Source: Paraspadella gotoi
Lineage: Eukaryota > Animalia > Chaetognatha
Assembly: GCA_051294375.1 (NCBI GenBank)
Contig: CM119271.1
Coordinates: 15,816,770 to 15,880,769 of the forward strand
DNA: 64,000 bases
Direction of reading: 5' to 3'
Shown here: positions 1-12,818 of the stretch, piece after piece
Layout of the letters: every line of letters starts with the position of its first letter
How positions within the stretch are numbered: position 1 is the first letter of the stretch
The notes under the pieces: model-generated
What the model was told of the DNA's origin: nothing
The model's database searches: none
What the model saw: only the letters and a program-made list of their open reading frames with translations
Program-made: the position numbers and the translations under genes

Positions 1-1531
1 CTGATCCCGCGCCCACGTCACCGACGGTGAGTCGTTGGCCGCTCCGCCCTTCCCGCTGTGAGGCGGGATGCGGTACATGATTCTGAGGAGCGAATGAATG
101 AATGAATGAATACAAAGAAATGAACGAAATGATAATGAAAGAACGAAGATCTCCCCTCGACCTAACCTGACGACTTTGGGAAAGTTGTCGACGTTGTTGA
201 CGCCCGGTTTGTGGATCTTGATGCACCACTCTTCCGTCCGGTGTTTGAGAGGCGACGTGGGACAGTCCAGACACTTTTTGTAGTGGGGCAATTTCTGTTT
301 GAAGTTCACTGGAGAGGGTGAAAGCGATTTCGATAATGTGACTGCAGGACAAGGATCAGTTCCAAATGCTTCTCCAAGTCTCAACGACTTCATTCAATCT
401 CTCGTGGACGACCCTCTTCAAACCTGGACTGCAATCGAAGGTCTGCTTCAACTGCGCCTCGGGGACTTTGATCTCCTCGACGGACGTGACGGAGAGTTGG
501 GAATGATCGAGGACGAGTTCGAAATTCTTTGATCCCGCGGATCCGGGGGATTTAGATTTATTGGATTTCACTGAGAGGGGGAGGGAAGGGTTATGAGGAT
601 TTAAATGATAAAATTATTAAAGTAGTACTAAATTAAATATTATTTATGTAGTTTTTCAGGGAACTCATTTTGGCAAGATTTAGAGTTTAAATTTTAATAG
701 GAAAATGCCTTCATCAGAGGTACAAATATGAATAGAAATAAGTTTCCTTGAAATACGTAAAGTTTTAGAAACAAAGAATTAAAAGCAAATTAATCTAATT
801 ATTATAATTTCTTCATCATTTTCCTTATTATTTACTTTTGGGTCCTTTGGTGGCGATGGGATTCGGAGCGAGGAAGAGGGTGATGGATCCGCCGAGCGTC
901 TGCTTCTCCAAATCGCAAGAGAGTTGAAGGACGAAGTGTTTGACGAGGATGTCGTCCACGTTGGCCAACATCGGGAGGTCGGACTCGGCCGGAAACGCGA
1001 AAGGATCGATCCCGCCTGAAGGGAGGTTTAAATTGTTGGTAAAGAGTTTAAGAACTTGAGTTTGATATACTCACCCATCGTGGCTGACGCGGCGCTCGAC
1101 GGTCCGGCGGTTGAGGCGGCGGGTGCGGCTCGGGCCGGCGAAGATTTGTTGGAGTGACTCGTGGCGGGCGACTTGGCGGCGTCGCTGGCGGCGCCGACGA
1201 CTGCGTTATTAACTTTCTTGGATTTAAACCCTCCGAAGCCGCTCGATCGCTGCGGGAGAAAATAACATAAGGCGGGGGTAGTTGGGTATTTTCTGGGCAC
1301 TGCCAGTTATAAACTAGCGCCTACTCTTGTGGCATGCTAGTTAGGAAATAGCGCCTACTTTTGTGGCATGCTAGTTAGAAAATAGCGCCTAATTCTGTGA
1401 AAATGCCCGTTAAGAACAAGCCCTTACTTTCGTATGACTGCCAATTAGGAATTGGCGCCTACTTGTAGTGGCATTGCTAGTTCAGAACTCACCCCTACTT
1501 TTGTGGCACTGCCAGTTCCGCCACTGGACAT
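1..1531 (-). CDS. AOPEP: Aminopeptidase O (M1 family), N-terminal part; runs off the left edge. 5' end uncertain (ATG at 1531 or 1078)
   Basis: Spliced exons (~1075-1250, 836-1015, 425-571, 167-341, 1-82) give DLPMLANVDDILVKHFVLQLSCDLEKQTLGGSITLFL, NFELVLDHSQLSVTSVEEIKV and FPKVVRIMYR...SVTWARDQ, colinear with the AOPEP N-terminus as I recall it (DLPLMAN..ILVKHYVLDL; LLVLDCCDLSVLKVEEV; SVTWTSDQ). GT-AG junctions. Confidence 0.85.
1297..1520. repeat. Degenerate minisatellite, about 6 units of 35-37 bp
   Basis: Recurring unit resembling gcactgccagtt.gaa.tagcgcctacttttgtg. Confidence 0.85.
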
Positions 1532-2624
1532 GAGGATGTCGGAGATCTGGTCGAGACCAACGAGTTCATTCGCGGAACGACTCAAAATTCAAATTCGCTC
1601 TACTCGTTTGTTACGTAGTTTTTTTTAGTTTTTTTTTATGGATCGTGATGTCTCCAGGTTTTTTCCATTACGTTTTGTCAGTATGATTGGTTTTGTTCAG
1701 GATTGACTAAAAATGACAAAATGAAAAAGGTCAAAAAAATTAATTACGAAGATGAAAACATAGTTGTCGGCGCGAGTTGTACGTTGATTATATATTAATT
1801 AGCAAAATGAAATGATGCCCCGTGTGAAAGAATCCGGCGAAGCAGATCCGACGGTTTGATTGATTGATTGATATTGAGACGAGGAGCCACTGGCCGCACT
1901 GCATCGAAAAAATTTGAAGAGAAGGTCTTACTTAATTCAACTCAACGCACATCAGCGAAAAATCATTCATTCCTCATTATTAAGAATTGGCATTCCGTTT
2001 TCAATTATAATAGCCTAAATTGAGTAGAGACAAAATTTTTAGAGTTTAATGATTTATTCTGTGATGTTTCGATAGTTTCACTATGAGAGGCGAAGGGTCT
2101 GAAAAAAACGTTTTAACAAAAACCTGGGTAGATTCAATTTTATTAAAAGTCATTACTTTGAATAATTCGCGATTTAACGAAATTTGAACTTAAAAAAAAA
2201 AAATTGTCAGGACGAAAGTCTCACTCAAAAATGTATGTTTCAAAACAAAGTAGCCCCAACGAAAGCTACTCAATTTTGATGGTATAACGTACTCATTTAA
2301 ATATAAACAATGTTTATTAACAATACATATTAAACATATTAGATACATAACATCAAACGAGCCATCCCTTGCGAGACGGATAGAACAGGGGAGGCAAGGG
2401 GGAAGTAAAGACCATAAATAAAAACTGGTTTAAAGTTTGACAATAAAGACAATGAATCCTCCAATTCCGGCATCGAAGTCGAAGAGCGGGTGATTGAAAA
2501 CAAAGGAATTCATCAACGAATAATAAAAAAAAAACACGTGCGGATGAGAAAAGAGTTTAAACTAAAAATAGAACACAGCGTTGAGGAGATGATGCCGTCG
2601 TCGTAATTGACGTCGTAATCGTCG

Positions 2625-3381
2625 TCACCGCGTCACGTCGTCGTCGTGTTTGTTTTTAGATTTCTTAGAATTGGCGCCGCCGCCGCCTCCTCCGCCGCCT
2701 CGACTCCCGCCAGAGTTTTTGCTGGAGCCACTCGGCGACTCTCCCCGCCCTTCCCCGCCGTTTTTCAACCCGCGTTTTGTTTTTTTGTTTTTCTTGTTGG
2801 CGGCGCCGGCGCCGGCGGTCCAATCGTTGTCGTTAGCGTCATCGTTGTCCGCCTCGTTATCGGAACCTATCCACGGTAAACGGTTATACGTAGAATTGAG
2901 CCAAGCAAATAAATAATATTATGAGCAGATGACATTATTAACAAGAAGCGAACCGTCAGAGCGTCGAGAGTTGGCAATTCGCCGGCTGGCGACTCGCGAG
3001 CTGCTTCGCCCCATTCCCATGCACTTTTCGAGATGAGGAGCGAAACGTGAGGCGACCATGTTGCGTTGGCAATTGGGACAAGGGCATTCGAATTGCTTGC
3101 GGACGGGGGCCTGGGGGAGGCGGAGGAGGAGGAGGAAGAGTTGGTCAAAAGACAGCGACTTGAGCCTTGCAATAACTGAGTGAGACCTGGCCGAAGACGT
3201 CCCGTCCGACGGTGTCGACGATCTGATGATTCTTGTCGCTGTCCGGGTCAGTGTCCGAGAGGAATATGGTCCCGAGCTTGGCTGAGCGGTGGACTTCGAA
3301 ACAGAGACTGAGGGTGACCTCGTCGATGAGTTCGTACATGATCTCTTTTGTGATCTTATGGGTCATTGCGTGATCATCCAT
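2625..3381 (-). CDS. ATXN7L3: SAGA DUB-module subunit SGF11/ATXN7L3 (3 exons, short form without SCA7 domain)
   Basis: Exon 1 [25 protein letters not shown]...DVFGQ; exon 2 has the Sgf11 zinc finger [40 protein letters not shown]; exon 3 [10 protein letters not shown]...TR*. Confidence 0.93.
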
Positions 3382-4479
3382 TGCCGGAGAAATAAGGGGG
3401 CGTTTGAGGAGCGAGAGACTGTCTCACCGCGCGTTAATATAATTAAGCATTGCCACAACTTATTTTTTCCTTTATTTCATTTAGATATCGATTGTTATAT
3501 AAATTTACCCTTGGAAAAAAAAAAGATTTTATGATAATGTTGAAAGGAATTTGTTTTCTTAAAGAAACAAATCGTTCCTTTAATAATCTGGAAATATAAC
3601 GTAGTTTTTAAAAACTTATTTAAATGGGGAAGAGCTTAGAAGCCCTGTGTGATTTTTAACACATCAAGCAAAAACAAGGATAAACAATTTACTTTGTTTC
3701 AAAATGATGCGAAGGGAATGGAAACTACTAAAACGAAAAAAAATCATTAAAGCCATCGCTTTAATCTTATTTTTTTTTTAGTAAACAAAACAAATGAAGG
3801 ATATTTTAAGTTGTAACATTTGGCAAATCCATGTACATCCCATTCGATGCTACCACTGCATCAATAAGCTACAAAAGAAAATTATAACTTGGTTACATCA
3901 CCGTTTCACCCACTCGGGCAAACCAACGGAAAAGAAACTATTTAATTTAAATTCAAAACTCTTTTATGTACATTTCATTTAAAGTTTAAACGAAAAATGT
4001 TGAGACAAAATTGTAAAACGAAGGACGAATTCAAAAGGGACGAAAGATCAGAAGAAAATCGATGGAAAGAAAATCGAAATGAATTGAAAAAAATTCGTTA
4101 AAGTCGTTCGAAATTTTCGCAAAAGACATTCGACAGAGACGCTCGCCACACACGAGCGCCGCAGACGCTCTCCGCAGACGCTCGCCGAAGAGCCTCGCCT
4201 ATGACAATTGAAGAACGAATACGTTTCCAAGACGACGTCGTTGACGATTGCGGGTGACGTTTACCATCGTGACAAATATCACGCTGACGGTCGAAATTTT
4301 TGACGAATGAGGCAAGCGAATCGAACGCTATTGATCGTACGAAAGGTGATCGTGTTGAGACGCGACGAACAGGTTGCTCGCGATTTCACGAAATCAACTA
4401 CGACGATAATTTCGCAGTCGCCCCCCCCCCTCATCGATCTTTCCCCCTTTCACTCGCTCCCTTTTTCTTCGCCGACGCT

Positions 4480-5370
4480 TCAATATCTCGTCGTCGTGCC
4501 GTTGCGTTCCGCGGCGGGCGGGCTGCGAGCCGCGGCGGGTACGTAGTCGCGGGGCGGCCGTCGGTCGAACTCCTCGTAGCGACTGATGGGCGGAAGCGGT
4601 GAACGCGATCGGCCGCGCGGCGGAAGCGGTGATCGACGATCGCGGCTATAGTAGCCCGACGGGGGCGGGCCATACGCGGGGCTGCGATCACGCCCGTAGG
4701 GTGGCGGCGTGCGACGAGGCGGAGAACGTCGCGGAGATCGACCGCGCGAAGATCCGTATCCTCCGTCGCGCATGTAGGACGCCGGCGGTTCGCGCTCACG
4801 GCCGTAGTACGGCTCCCGGTCGCGGGGCGGGTAAGGGTCGCGCTGATAATCACGCGGCGGGTAAGGCTCACGCGATGCGTAGTCGCGCGACGAAGCGTAG
4901 CGGTCGTACGACTCGCGGACGTAAGGGTCGCGCGGCGGAAGATCGCGTGACGGATTATCTCGCCGGTAGTCGTCGCGCTTGTAGTCGTCCTTGCGATCGT
5001 AGGGTCGCTTGTAGTCGCGTTCGTCTCGACGATGACGGTCGTAACGATCGGCGGAGGCGTCGCCACGCCCGCTCCGGCCGCGATCGGACAGGGCGGGTGG
5101 ACGGGCGGCGGAGCCGGCGGCGCCACCGCGCGCGGCGCCGCGGCCGGGGCCGAGGCTTCGCGATTTCTCGACGACGATGTCGCGCCCGTTGAGATGGTAG
5201 CCGTTGAGGCTCTTGATGGCCGCCTCCGCGTCTTCCTCCGACTCCATGTGGACGAACCCGAAATCTTTGATCACATCCGCCTCCGTGATCGTTCCGAACA
5301 TCTTAAAGAGTTCACGGAGGGCGTCGCCCTTCGTGCCTTCGGCCAGGTTGCCGACGAACAGCTTCACCAT
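4480..5370 (-). CDS. RBM4/lark-like single-RRM RNA-binding protein with an R/D/Y/P-rich tail; intronless CDS
   Basis: 296-aa ORF beginning MVKLFVGNL...ADVIKDFGFVHMES...AAIKSLNGYHLNGRDIVVEKSR (RBM4-type RRM), followed by RDPY/PPRDY repeats and an RS-like segment. Confidence 0.85.
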   Translation of the reverse strand: MVKLFVGNLAEGTKGDALRELFKMFGTITEADVIKDFGFVHMESEEDAEAAIKSLNGYHLNGRDIVVEKSRSLGPGRGAARGGAAGSAARPPALSDRGRSGRGDASADRYDRHRRDERDYKRPYDRKDDYKRDDYRRDNPSRDLPPRDPYVRESYDRYASSRDYASREPYPPRDYQRDPYPPRDREPYYGREREPPASYMRDGGYGSSRGRSPRRSPPRRTPPPYGRDRSPAYGPPPSGYYSRDRRSPLPPRGRSRSPLPPISRYEEFDRRPPRDYVPAAARSPPAAERNGTTTRY

Positions 5371-7428
5371 TTTTCGTCGTAGGTTGTGGCGAGAGAGAAA
5401 GAGTGAGAGAGTTTCGCTCGAAATAAGCGGAATTTGAAGCGGCGAAGATCGAACGCAGCGTAACGCGATGACGCGGAGCTGAAGAACGAAAATAAACGGG
5501 ATTAGAGGCGGCGATGAAGTCGCGAGGAGCGAACGAGCGAATGTCGACGCAGCGCATCGCTTTGTCGTCGGATCGCGTCCTCGATTCGTGGTGGTTAATT
5601 ATCATCATCATAATAATTATTATCATCAAAACAAAATACGTAAGAATTTGAAAACAAATTTAAATTAAATTAATAAATACATGAGTAATGAAATAAGTAA
5701 TGCAGTAATTGCTTAGTCCTGACGTCCATCTGTAAAAACCCCACTCCTCGAAGAAGAACATCGAGAGAGAAACCCAGATGAAATACTTTATATTAAAGAA
5801 ACAATATTAAGTAAAATAAAGCAAATCTAGACAGATATTTAAACATATTTGAAGAGATCATTGACTTTCGTCTCACCATCTCTTGTCTCGCGATCATTAG
5901 AGATTCGGCTTTTGAACAAGACTTTGTATTATTTTATTAAGGAAAAAAACATATACAATGACATAATAAACTCTTTATAAACTCTTGGGGCGTCTCCGGT
6001 ACGTTTCTCTCTCGACGTCTTTTCCCTCTCCCGCGGGTCTGTTAGATCCAAAGACTCACAAATCGTGATATCTGTGTTTAAACTTTATTACGTCGTCACA
6101 AGGAGGGTCACGAGGGGGTTCATTTTAAAAGGAAGCAAATTAGTCGACGAAGGCTCGACGGTCCGCCGGCGTAACGCGAAAGATTTCGACGTTTCGCACG
6201 AGACGCTAACGAAGCTGGCGAAGTGAAAACGCGTTATAAAAAAACAAAAATATTGTCAAAATTCTATTTATAAGCAAATAACGAAAAAGCGTAGTCGTCG
6301 CAATTACGCAATTACATCGAATAGCGCAGTAAAACTAAATCTACTTTAATGAACGTGATTCAATACAGTTTTTAGCGCGTCAGGAAGAAAACGATTCGTT
6401 TTTCCATTGTTTTACAATACGCACGCGTCAACAGTTTTTTCTGGCTTTTTGTCCAATCGTCGTTTCGAGACCCAAGAACGAAATTCAATAGTCACATGGA
6501 CGAAGCGGTAAAAGATTTGACGAAAATCCGCGTGAAATTCGTTCGTCGCTGAGAATAAAACGAGGATTTAATACGAATTTCGTGGAAATTGAAAGAAACG
6601 AAAAGCGAAATTTGGAGCGAAAGGCCCCGGGGAAGACGAATTTAGAAGCCGGAGGCCGAAGTCGACGCCAATGATTGTTTATTTACGAAGAAGAGGAAAA
6701 GGAAAAGATTGTTTCGCATGGATTTCAACAGATGTCACTCTCATCGAAGCGAATTATAGAGAGAAAACAAAAGGTTTTATGGAATGACAAGCGAAACAAT
6801 TGTAATATTGTAAATTTTAAATGAGGACGCAAGTCATCGTCATCGTCGATGAGATTGTTTATAAAATTCACTCAAGTTATCGAATTCGAAACATTAAAGA
6901 TACATATCACTGCGGAGCAACACGTTGAAATTTACCTTCTGTTTTCTTATTATTTTAGTCTTGTTTTTTCTTTTTTTTCATTTCTCTCTTTCTAGCTGTA
7001 GTTCCTTAATGTTACGCATTGTTAAGGTGAACCTTCCTCTTAACTCGTTTTTCCGCTTTTTTTTCATAAAAATTCTTAAGATAATTTGATATGGTATATC
7101 GCTAACTTGCGGTTGTCTCAAGTCGCGGTTATATCAAACAGTTTTTTAAAAAAAATTTTAAAAATCTGAGCCAGAAAAAATAAATAGCGTGATCAAGTAA
7201 ATCCCGCAATTACAATATAGCTTGTAATTTTTGAAACTAACAAAAAAAAGCGTTACAGACAATCAAATAAATACATTAGACAAAAAAATACACATGTTTC
7301 AATGAGGGGGTCATTAAATAAATACCATGTGGACCCATGGTCACGTTTAAGGTTGCGTGTTGTTTGGTCGTCCACAACTAGTACTAGAACTAGTTTTTTT
7401 TTCTAAATAAGTAATAAATAATTAACTT

Positions 7429-10400
7429 TTACTTGACGGCGCAACATTTCGTTTTTCCCTTAAAAATATTGGGACTGAGTTTGATCGTGTCCCTTCTGTT
7501 TTTATTGGGAGTGAAGACCGCATCGGGCGATCGCCACTCGAATTCTTGGCGGACGTGAGAGGGCGTCTTGGGAGCGGGCGGCGCCGGCGGCGGAGGCGTT
7601 CTCTTTTTGGGTATCTTCGGGGCGAGCCTCTTCTTGGACGAGGAAGCGTCTCTACTCGGGGGCGGGCCGACGGCTCGAACTTGCTCGGGGTAGAACCGCT
7701 GCATTCTGGTCAATGGCGTTGAGATCACGTCCTGGCGGGGAAATAAAAAAAAAATAAATCCTAAAATAGTTAAGTTAATTGGTAATTAATAAAAATTAAA
7801 TATTAATATAAATTATGAAATGGAAAGCGTATTGATTGAAACGAGTCGATAATCTTCATATCGGTCGTATCGACATTTGTGATAGTGAGAGTTGAAAGCC
7901 TTATTTACTCCCCATTTTCCTTTATCATCTTAAATAAAGAATTAAGTTAATTTTAAGGTTTAAAGATTTAGTTAAATATTAATGTTACGGATTAAAAATT
8001 ACGAATTGAGGTTAAGGATTAAGGTTAAGGATTAAGGTTAAGGATTAAGATCAAGGATTCAGGTTTAGGATTAAGGTTAAGGATTAAGATTAAGAATTCA
8101 GGTTAAGGATTAAGGTTAAGGATAAGAATTAAGTAAGTGTAAGGGATGACGGTTCAAGGCTGGGTTATGGGTTTGGTAACAGATTAGGGAAAAGGATTAA
8201 AATTAGGTTTAAGGATTAAGGAACAGAAATAGGTCGTTTTTGGAAAAGAGAGCCGAGAGTTATCCATGAAATGGGTCGTTTTTGGAAAAAAAGATGATCC
8301 ATGATTCCCGCCATCTTCCCCTTTCCTTTGTCCCTCGACTGACGTGAGGCGACGTCCAACGCGTCGTCCGCTCCTCGAAGGAGATCATGTTCTCTTCGTC
8401 CCTCAATTCCGAAGGAGACAAATAGGACGTCATCAGCTTCGGGTGACACCGCTCCACGATCTTCAAGGCCAGTTGGGTGAAGACGTATTCCACGTTGTTG
8501 CCTGGAGAACGGGACATCAAACGAATCATTTTTTGGGCTTATTTTTCATGTTGTCATATATATATGGCAACATGAAAAATAAGCCCAAAAAATTATTATT
8601 ATTCAAATAGCACTTTTTCAAGTCCATCAACATTTTTCCCAGCTATTTAAACTTTAACTATTAAAAGTTTCGAACTTTAACAAATTTCTATAACTAACGA
8701 GAAAACCGAAATTCAAAACTAATATGATAGGGAAGCCAGGTACTCTGGGAGTGAATAAACGAGACTGTGAGAGAGTCTTGATTGAAAGCTTGCAGGGGCC
8801 TGCTATGTCATTATCTTGTAAGAGTGTCAGGGGCAAGATAGATTATTTATTAAATGAATGGATAATTTTTATATTGGTTGTACTTTCTAAAACAAAAATG
8901 TGACAATTATTTTCATTACTACAATATTTAAAAGAGATTGAGAGACTGAATTTCTTTTAAGGAGTTATAATCCAAAGTCCAAGTTTCTTAATATTTTTCT
9001 CAACGTTGAAAAACTTAATTAATAATTATAATCTACTTTGACGATTTTAAGTAATTCTCCGCTCAAAAAAAACCCTCCGTAGTAACGGGTTAAACAGGAA
9101 CAGTTTTCACCCGATTTGGCGGAGACTTCGTAGACTGGACAATAGCATTTGTCCTTAAGCCTTTTTCGATCTTCGCGAGACACTTGACGCTTTGTCTCCA
9201 AGTCTCCCTTGTTGCCGACGATGACGATGTCCTCCGCCGTTTGTGACGCCTCCGTCAGCTGGAATTCAAAAACCGATAGGGTCAGCGATTTATTGACTTT
9301 TTTTGGCTGTGACGCCAAATAATTAAATAATTATTAATTATTGATTACGATTGAGATTAACATATTTGTCTTCCTTTTGATCAAGTTCAAAAGAATCTAA
9401 ATTTGAAACGAGAACTCACGTCGATACCGTCCAACCAAGATTGAATGTTGTTGAAAGTTTCCTTTTGCGAAATGTCGTAAACCAGTAAAATGCCCATCGC
9501 GTCCCTTAAAATAAATTTACAAAAAACACAAAGGTTAGAAATGATCCCTCTTTACCGAAAATAAAAATAAAAATAGAAATTTTATTATGATTTTAGGTTT
9601 AAAAATTAGATAAAGTATTCGGGATAAGGTTCTGGGTTTGGTTAGAGTTTTGGTTAGGGTGAGGAGATAAGGTTATGGATAAGGGTCATGGATTAAAGAT
9701 TATAAATTATTAACCATTATTAACCATTGGTTAAGGATTGGATTAAATATTCTGAAAAACAAGAACGGTATTTCCAATGTGTTGTGCCGCAGTGACTTTA
9801 TTTTCAAGTGTATTTCCCTTCGATCACATGATATGACATGACATGACCAAAAAACTTATTTTATTATGACATGCACTGCAGCAAAATTCCTTCTTTTATA
9901 CCCTATAGTTTTAGGAATTCCTGAAGGCGGCGCTAGCAGTCCCTGAGATTTGAGGGTTTTTTCTGTCTTAACAAATAAGCAACCAACTATAAGCAAATTA
10001 TATGCATTTTTAACGTAAGTGGGACAGACCGACAGACAGACATACTGACGGACCGACCGACCGAAAAGTGACTTATAGAGTACACGCGGCGCAACTAAAA
10101 ATTAGGGTTAGTAATAAAAATGGGGCCATATGGATATCAAAGTCAAAGCCCGGTCAAAGTCATGGGCAAGATACCATATTCACTATTATATTTTTCTATT
10201 AAACCCCCCCCGCAAATTCCTTGCCTGTAATGAAATCTATTAATAGATCGAAATCTCTCTTGCCCAGCCGTGTCCCAAATCTGCAGTTGAACTCTAGCGC
10301 CGTCGATCGAGAAGACGATGTTACGAAAGTCGATCCCGATTGTCGGTAGAAGACTCTGGGTCCCGAACCCTTCCGTCCACGAAGAGAACTTGGTAATGGC

Positions 10401-10652
10401 GGAGGGGGGGGGGGAGATGGTAATATTGGTGGAAATGGAAATTGGAATAGTTAATTGGTCGTCCGTATTGGTAATGGTCATCGATCAGATTCGAGCTATA
10501 TTAAAAAAAAAAGATGATTTTAAAAACATTTTTTTTTAAAGTTTTGCTCTATTTTTTTTTCTATTATCATTTATCTTTAATCTTGTTCTTAATTTCTTTC
10601 CGGAATTTTTTTATCAATATTTTCTTTTTTCACTATTCTTTATATGTTTGCT

Positions 10653-10708
<56 letters not shown>

Positions 10709-10983
10709 ACAATCCGGGTGTCGGACAAATATCACGTCGAGTCTAAACTCATTCTATTGATAAATAAACTCCACTCCCGACAATCCGCTTCAAAATCTAA
10801 AGGCTTGCTAGCTTTGCTAGCTTTTCTTGCTTTGCTTGCTCTACTCGCTTTCTCTCTCCATCTTTCTTTCCTTACCCCTTGCTCCTTCCCGCTCTGAATG
10901 TAGGTTAGGGCGTTGAGCATTGAAGTTTTCCCGACGCTAGCATCTCCCAAAATTAGCACTTTGTAAGTTACATCCGGGTTGAC
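7429..10983 (-). CDS. Divergent Rab-family small GTPase (6 exons recovered; 5' end lies upstream)
   Basis: G1 GDASVGKT, switch [38 protein letters not shown] and EVSAKSG are spread over phase-compatible exons; a long Pro/Lys-rich tail ends in CCAVK* (double-Cys prenylation motif). Confidence 0.9.
7987..8220. repeat. (TTAAGG/ATTAAGG)n low-complexity array inside a Rab intron
   Basis: Repeated ggattaaggttaa units. Confidence 0.8.
8730..8883 (+). repeat. Dispersed repeat family B (~150 bp), most complete copy
   Basis: gggaagccagg...gagagtcttgattgaaagcttgcaggg...aagatag...aatgaatggataatttttatattggttgtac. Related copies or fragments near 15558-15693, 17520-17575, 22350-22407, 24176-24203(-), 29258-29434, 31878-31945(-), 41805-41860(-), 42019-42046(-) and 46840-46986. 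Confidence 0.8.
9755..10100 (+). mobile_element. Non-autonomous DINE-1/HINE (Helentron-type)-like element, full copy
   Basis: Starts aaaaacaagaacggta, has a sub-terminal IR (gttgtgccgc / gcggcgcaac), ACATG and GACA/GACC microsatellites, and ends caactaaaa. Homologous to 19377-19684(-) and 18821-18985. Confidence 0.7.
10655..10703. repeat. (CT)n microsatellite
   Basis: Direct reading. Similar GA/CT tracts at 11669-11709, 16790-16935, 19075-19112, 30675-30705, 40179-40235 and 51206-51255. Confidence 0.95.
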
Positions 10984-11664
10984 CTGAAACAATAAGGCGA
11001 TTCTCAAATCGAAACATCCGAAATTACTTTATTATCACTCTAGTGACCCCAGTTCCGCGTAGTGACGTATCTACACAAGTATGAAAAATATGCAAAAAAG
11101 CTTTTACACATAACCTACCTTTATAACATGGAATAAATTTATGGTCATGTCATGTTAGGTCATGTCAGGTCAGGTCATGTCAGGTCATGTCATCGTTTTT
11201 TACACAATCACCTGAAGTTCTTACCAAAATTAAACTTTATTGATTCACTTTTGTTATGAGCATTTAAATTGTAAGTGGGATAAAGCGATCGACGAACAAA
11301 CCGACCGACCAAAAAGTGATTGCGATTTCCCACAGCGCAACTCAAAAATTGTTCTCGTCTAAACAAAAAAAAAAGATTGTTATTGTCTTTAGTCTTCTCA
11401 AGTCGTAAAACAAACAATGAAGACTTAGATTAATCGACGAGCATCACTGAGTGTGAAAAACTAAAACTGTAAAACTGAAAACTAAAAATAATAATAAAAA
11501 CCACAAATTATGAGTTTAAAACTGAATAAAGATGAATTCTAAAAAAATGGTTAAGAAGTTGAGAGAAATGTCAATTGAAAATGTGACAATAAAGATATTT
11601 TACCGAAAAAAATTAATAGAGGATCGACGGACTGACAGAGTGATTTTCAGAGTCAGGAAGAAAT

Positions 11665-11715
<51 letters not shown>

Positions 11716-12169
11716 ACAATTCTATCGACTCAAGTAGATACTCTATTTAAGTACTTAGGTTTAAACTTTAATCTTCAGAATTTACCATTTTAGATTTTTT
11801 TAAACTTTTTGAAGAAAAACTTTGAAAATTAAAATAAAATTTCTTCAGATTAAAACACGACTTGAATTCGTTTTGGTGTGAGAGACTCCAGTTGGCAAGA
11901 GTCTACATAATCAGAGAGAGAGAGAGAGAGGAACCAGAGATTATTCAAAAACAAACACACAAAGGATGCGCTCTCGTCGTTGTTGTTGTTGTTGTTGTGG
12001 TTTTCTCTTCTTAATCATCGAATCAGGAAATAAAAAGATTAAATCTAAAAAACATATTCTTAAGCAAAGTTTTAATAAAAGTATATAAACATTAATCATC
12101 AACTATTACATCATTTTTGATGACGTCATCAGTTATCTACGAATGCACGTTATCCCTAATGCGGAAGCA

Positions 12170-12302
12170 AAAATTCCCGATGCATGTCATGGACCATGAC
12201 TTTAGTTTGAGATTAAAATTAATATAAATACGAAAATTCCCGATGCATGTCAAGGACCATGACTGTAGTTTGAGATTAAAATTAATATAAATACGAAAAT
12301 TC
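12170..12302. repeat. 63-bp tandem duplication
   Basis: aaaattcccgatgcatgtca.ggaccatgact.tagtttgagattaaaattaatataaatacg occurs twice, nearly identical. Confidence 0.9.
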
Positions 12303-12808
12303 ATAAGACGCAAACTCTTCATGGAAGAACCGTGTATATATTTTTGGGTCGGTCAGTTTTTCTTTTCAATTTTTATTTGCATTTTTTAAATTTGTATTTA
12401 ATTATTTTCATTTAAATACAAAATAGTTAAAATTTTATTTGTGTAATACCGATTAAAATTGTAAAATTATAATTAAAACGCCAAGTTATAACTCTCCTAA
12501 TTAATTAGGATGATAAATAAATGAAGATTTTATTTTTAAAGTTTTTAAATAATGTTTTTTTTTTTAAATTTATCGTGAGGTTATACCTTAGAATATGAAA
12601 GGTCCTTCTTAGTGATGATTTTTCCTTTATCCAAATGACGAGTCAATTTTTCCATCGAAGATTTTCGCGTCGGTTTGAAGTTGGAAGTTAAAACTCCTGC
12701 GATTAAAATCGGTTATTATTATCTATTTGATTAATTTGTCATTACTCATTGATCGAAACCAACTCTTTAGTTACTCCCAAAAAAATAAAAAGAGACTCCA
12801 GACTCCGC

Positions 12809-12818
12809 NNNNNNNNNN
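12809..12818. other. Assembly gap (10 N)
   Basis: Run of n. Confidence 1.

Noticed and set aside
356-424. Apparent premature stop in AOPEP (ORF 356..571 ends WN*)
   Set aside because: A donor at CCAG|GTTTGA and an acceptor CTGCAG restore the frame; the stop is intronic, so this is not a pseudogene.
665-718. Third hammerhead-like motif on the minus strand (CTGATGAAGGCA...TGCC)
   Set aside because: GAAA is replaced by AAAA, the loop is long, and there is no helix III, cleavage triplet or inverted arm.
1297-1520. CRISPR-like periodicity (~36 bp)
   Set aside because: Units are contiguous degenerate repeats without unique spacers, in a eukaryotic context with no cas genes.
4599-5382. Long plus-strand ORFs antisense to the RBM4-like gene
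   Set aside because: Shadow frames of a GC-rich coding region; no domain or independent signal.
7987-8220. Possible interstitial telomere
   Set aside because: Units are alternating TTAAGG/ATTAAGG and degenerate, inside an intron; not a clean telomeric array.
12801-12818. Both assembly gaps are preceded by TCCGC
   Set aside because: Only two cases; most simply a sequencing or assembly bias rather than biology.
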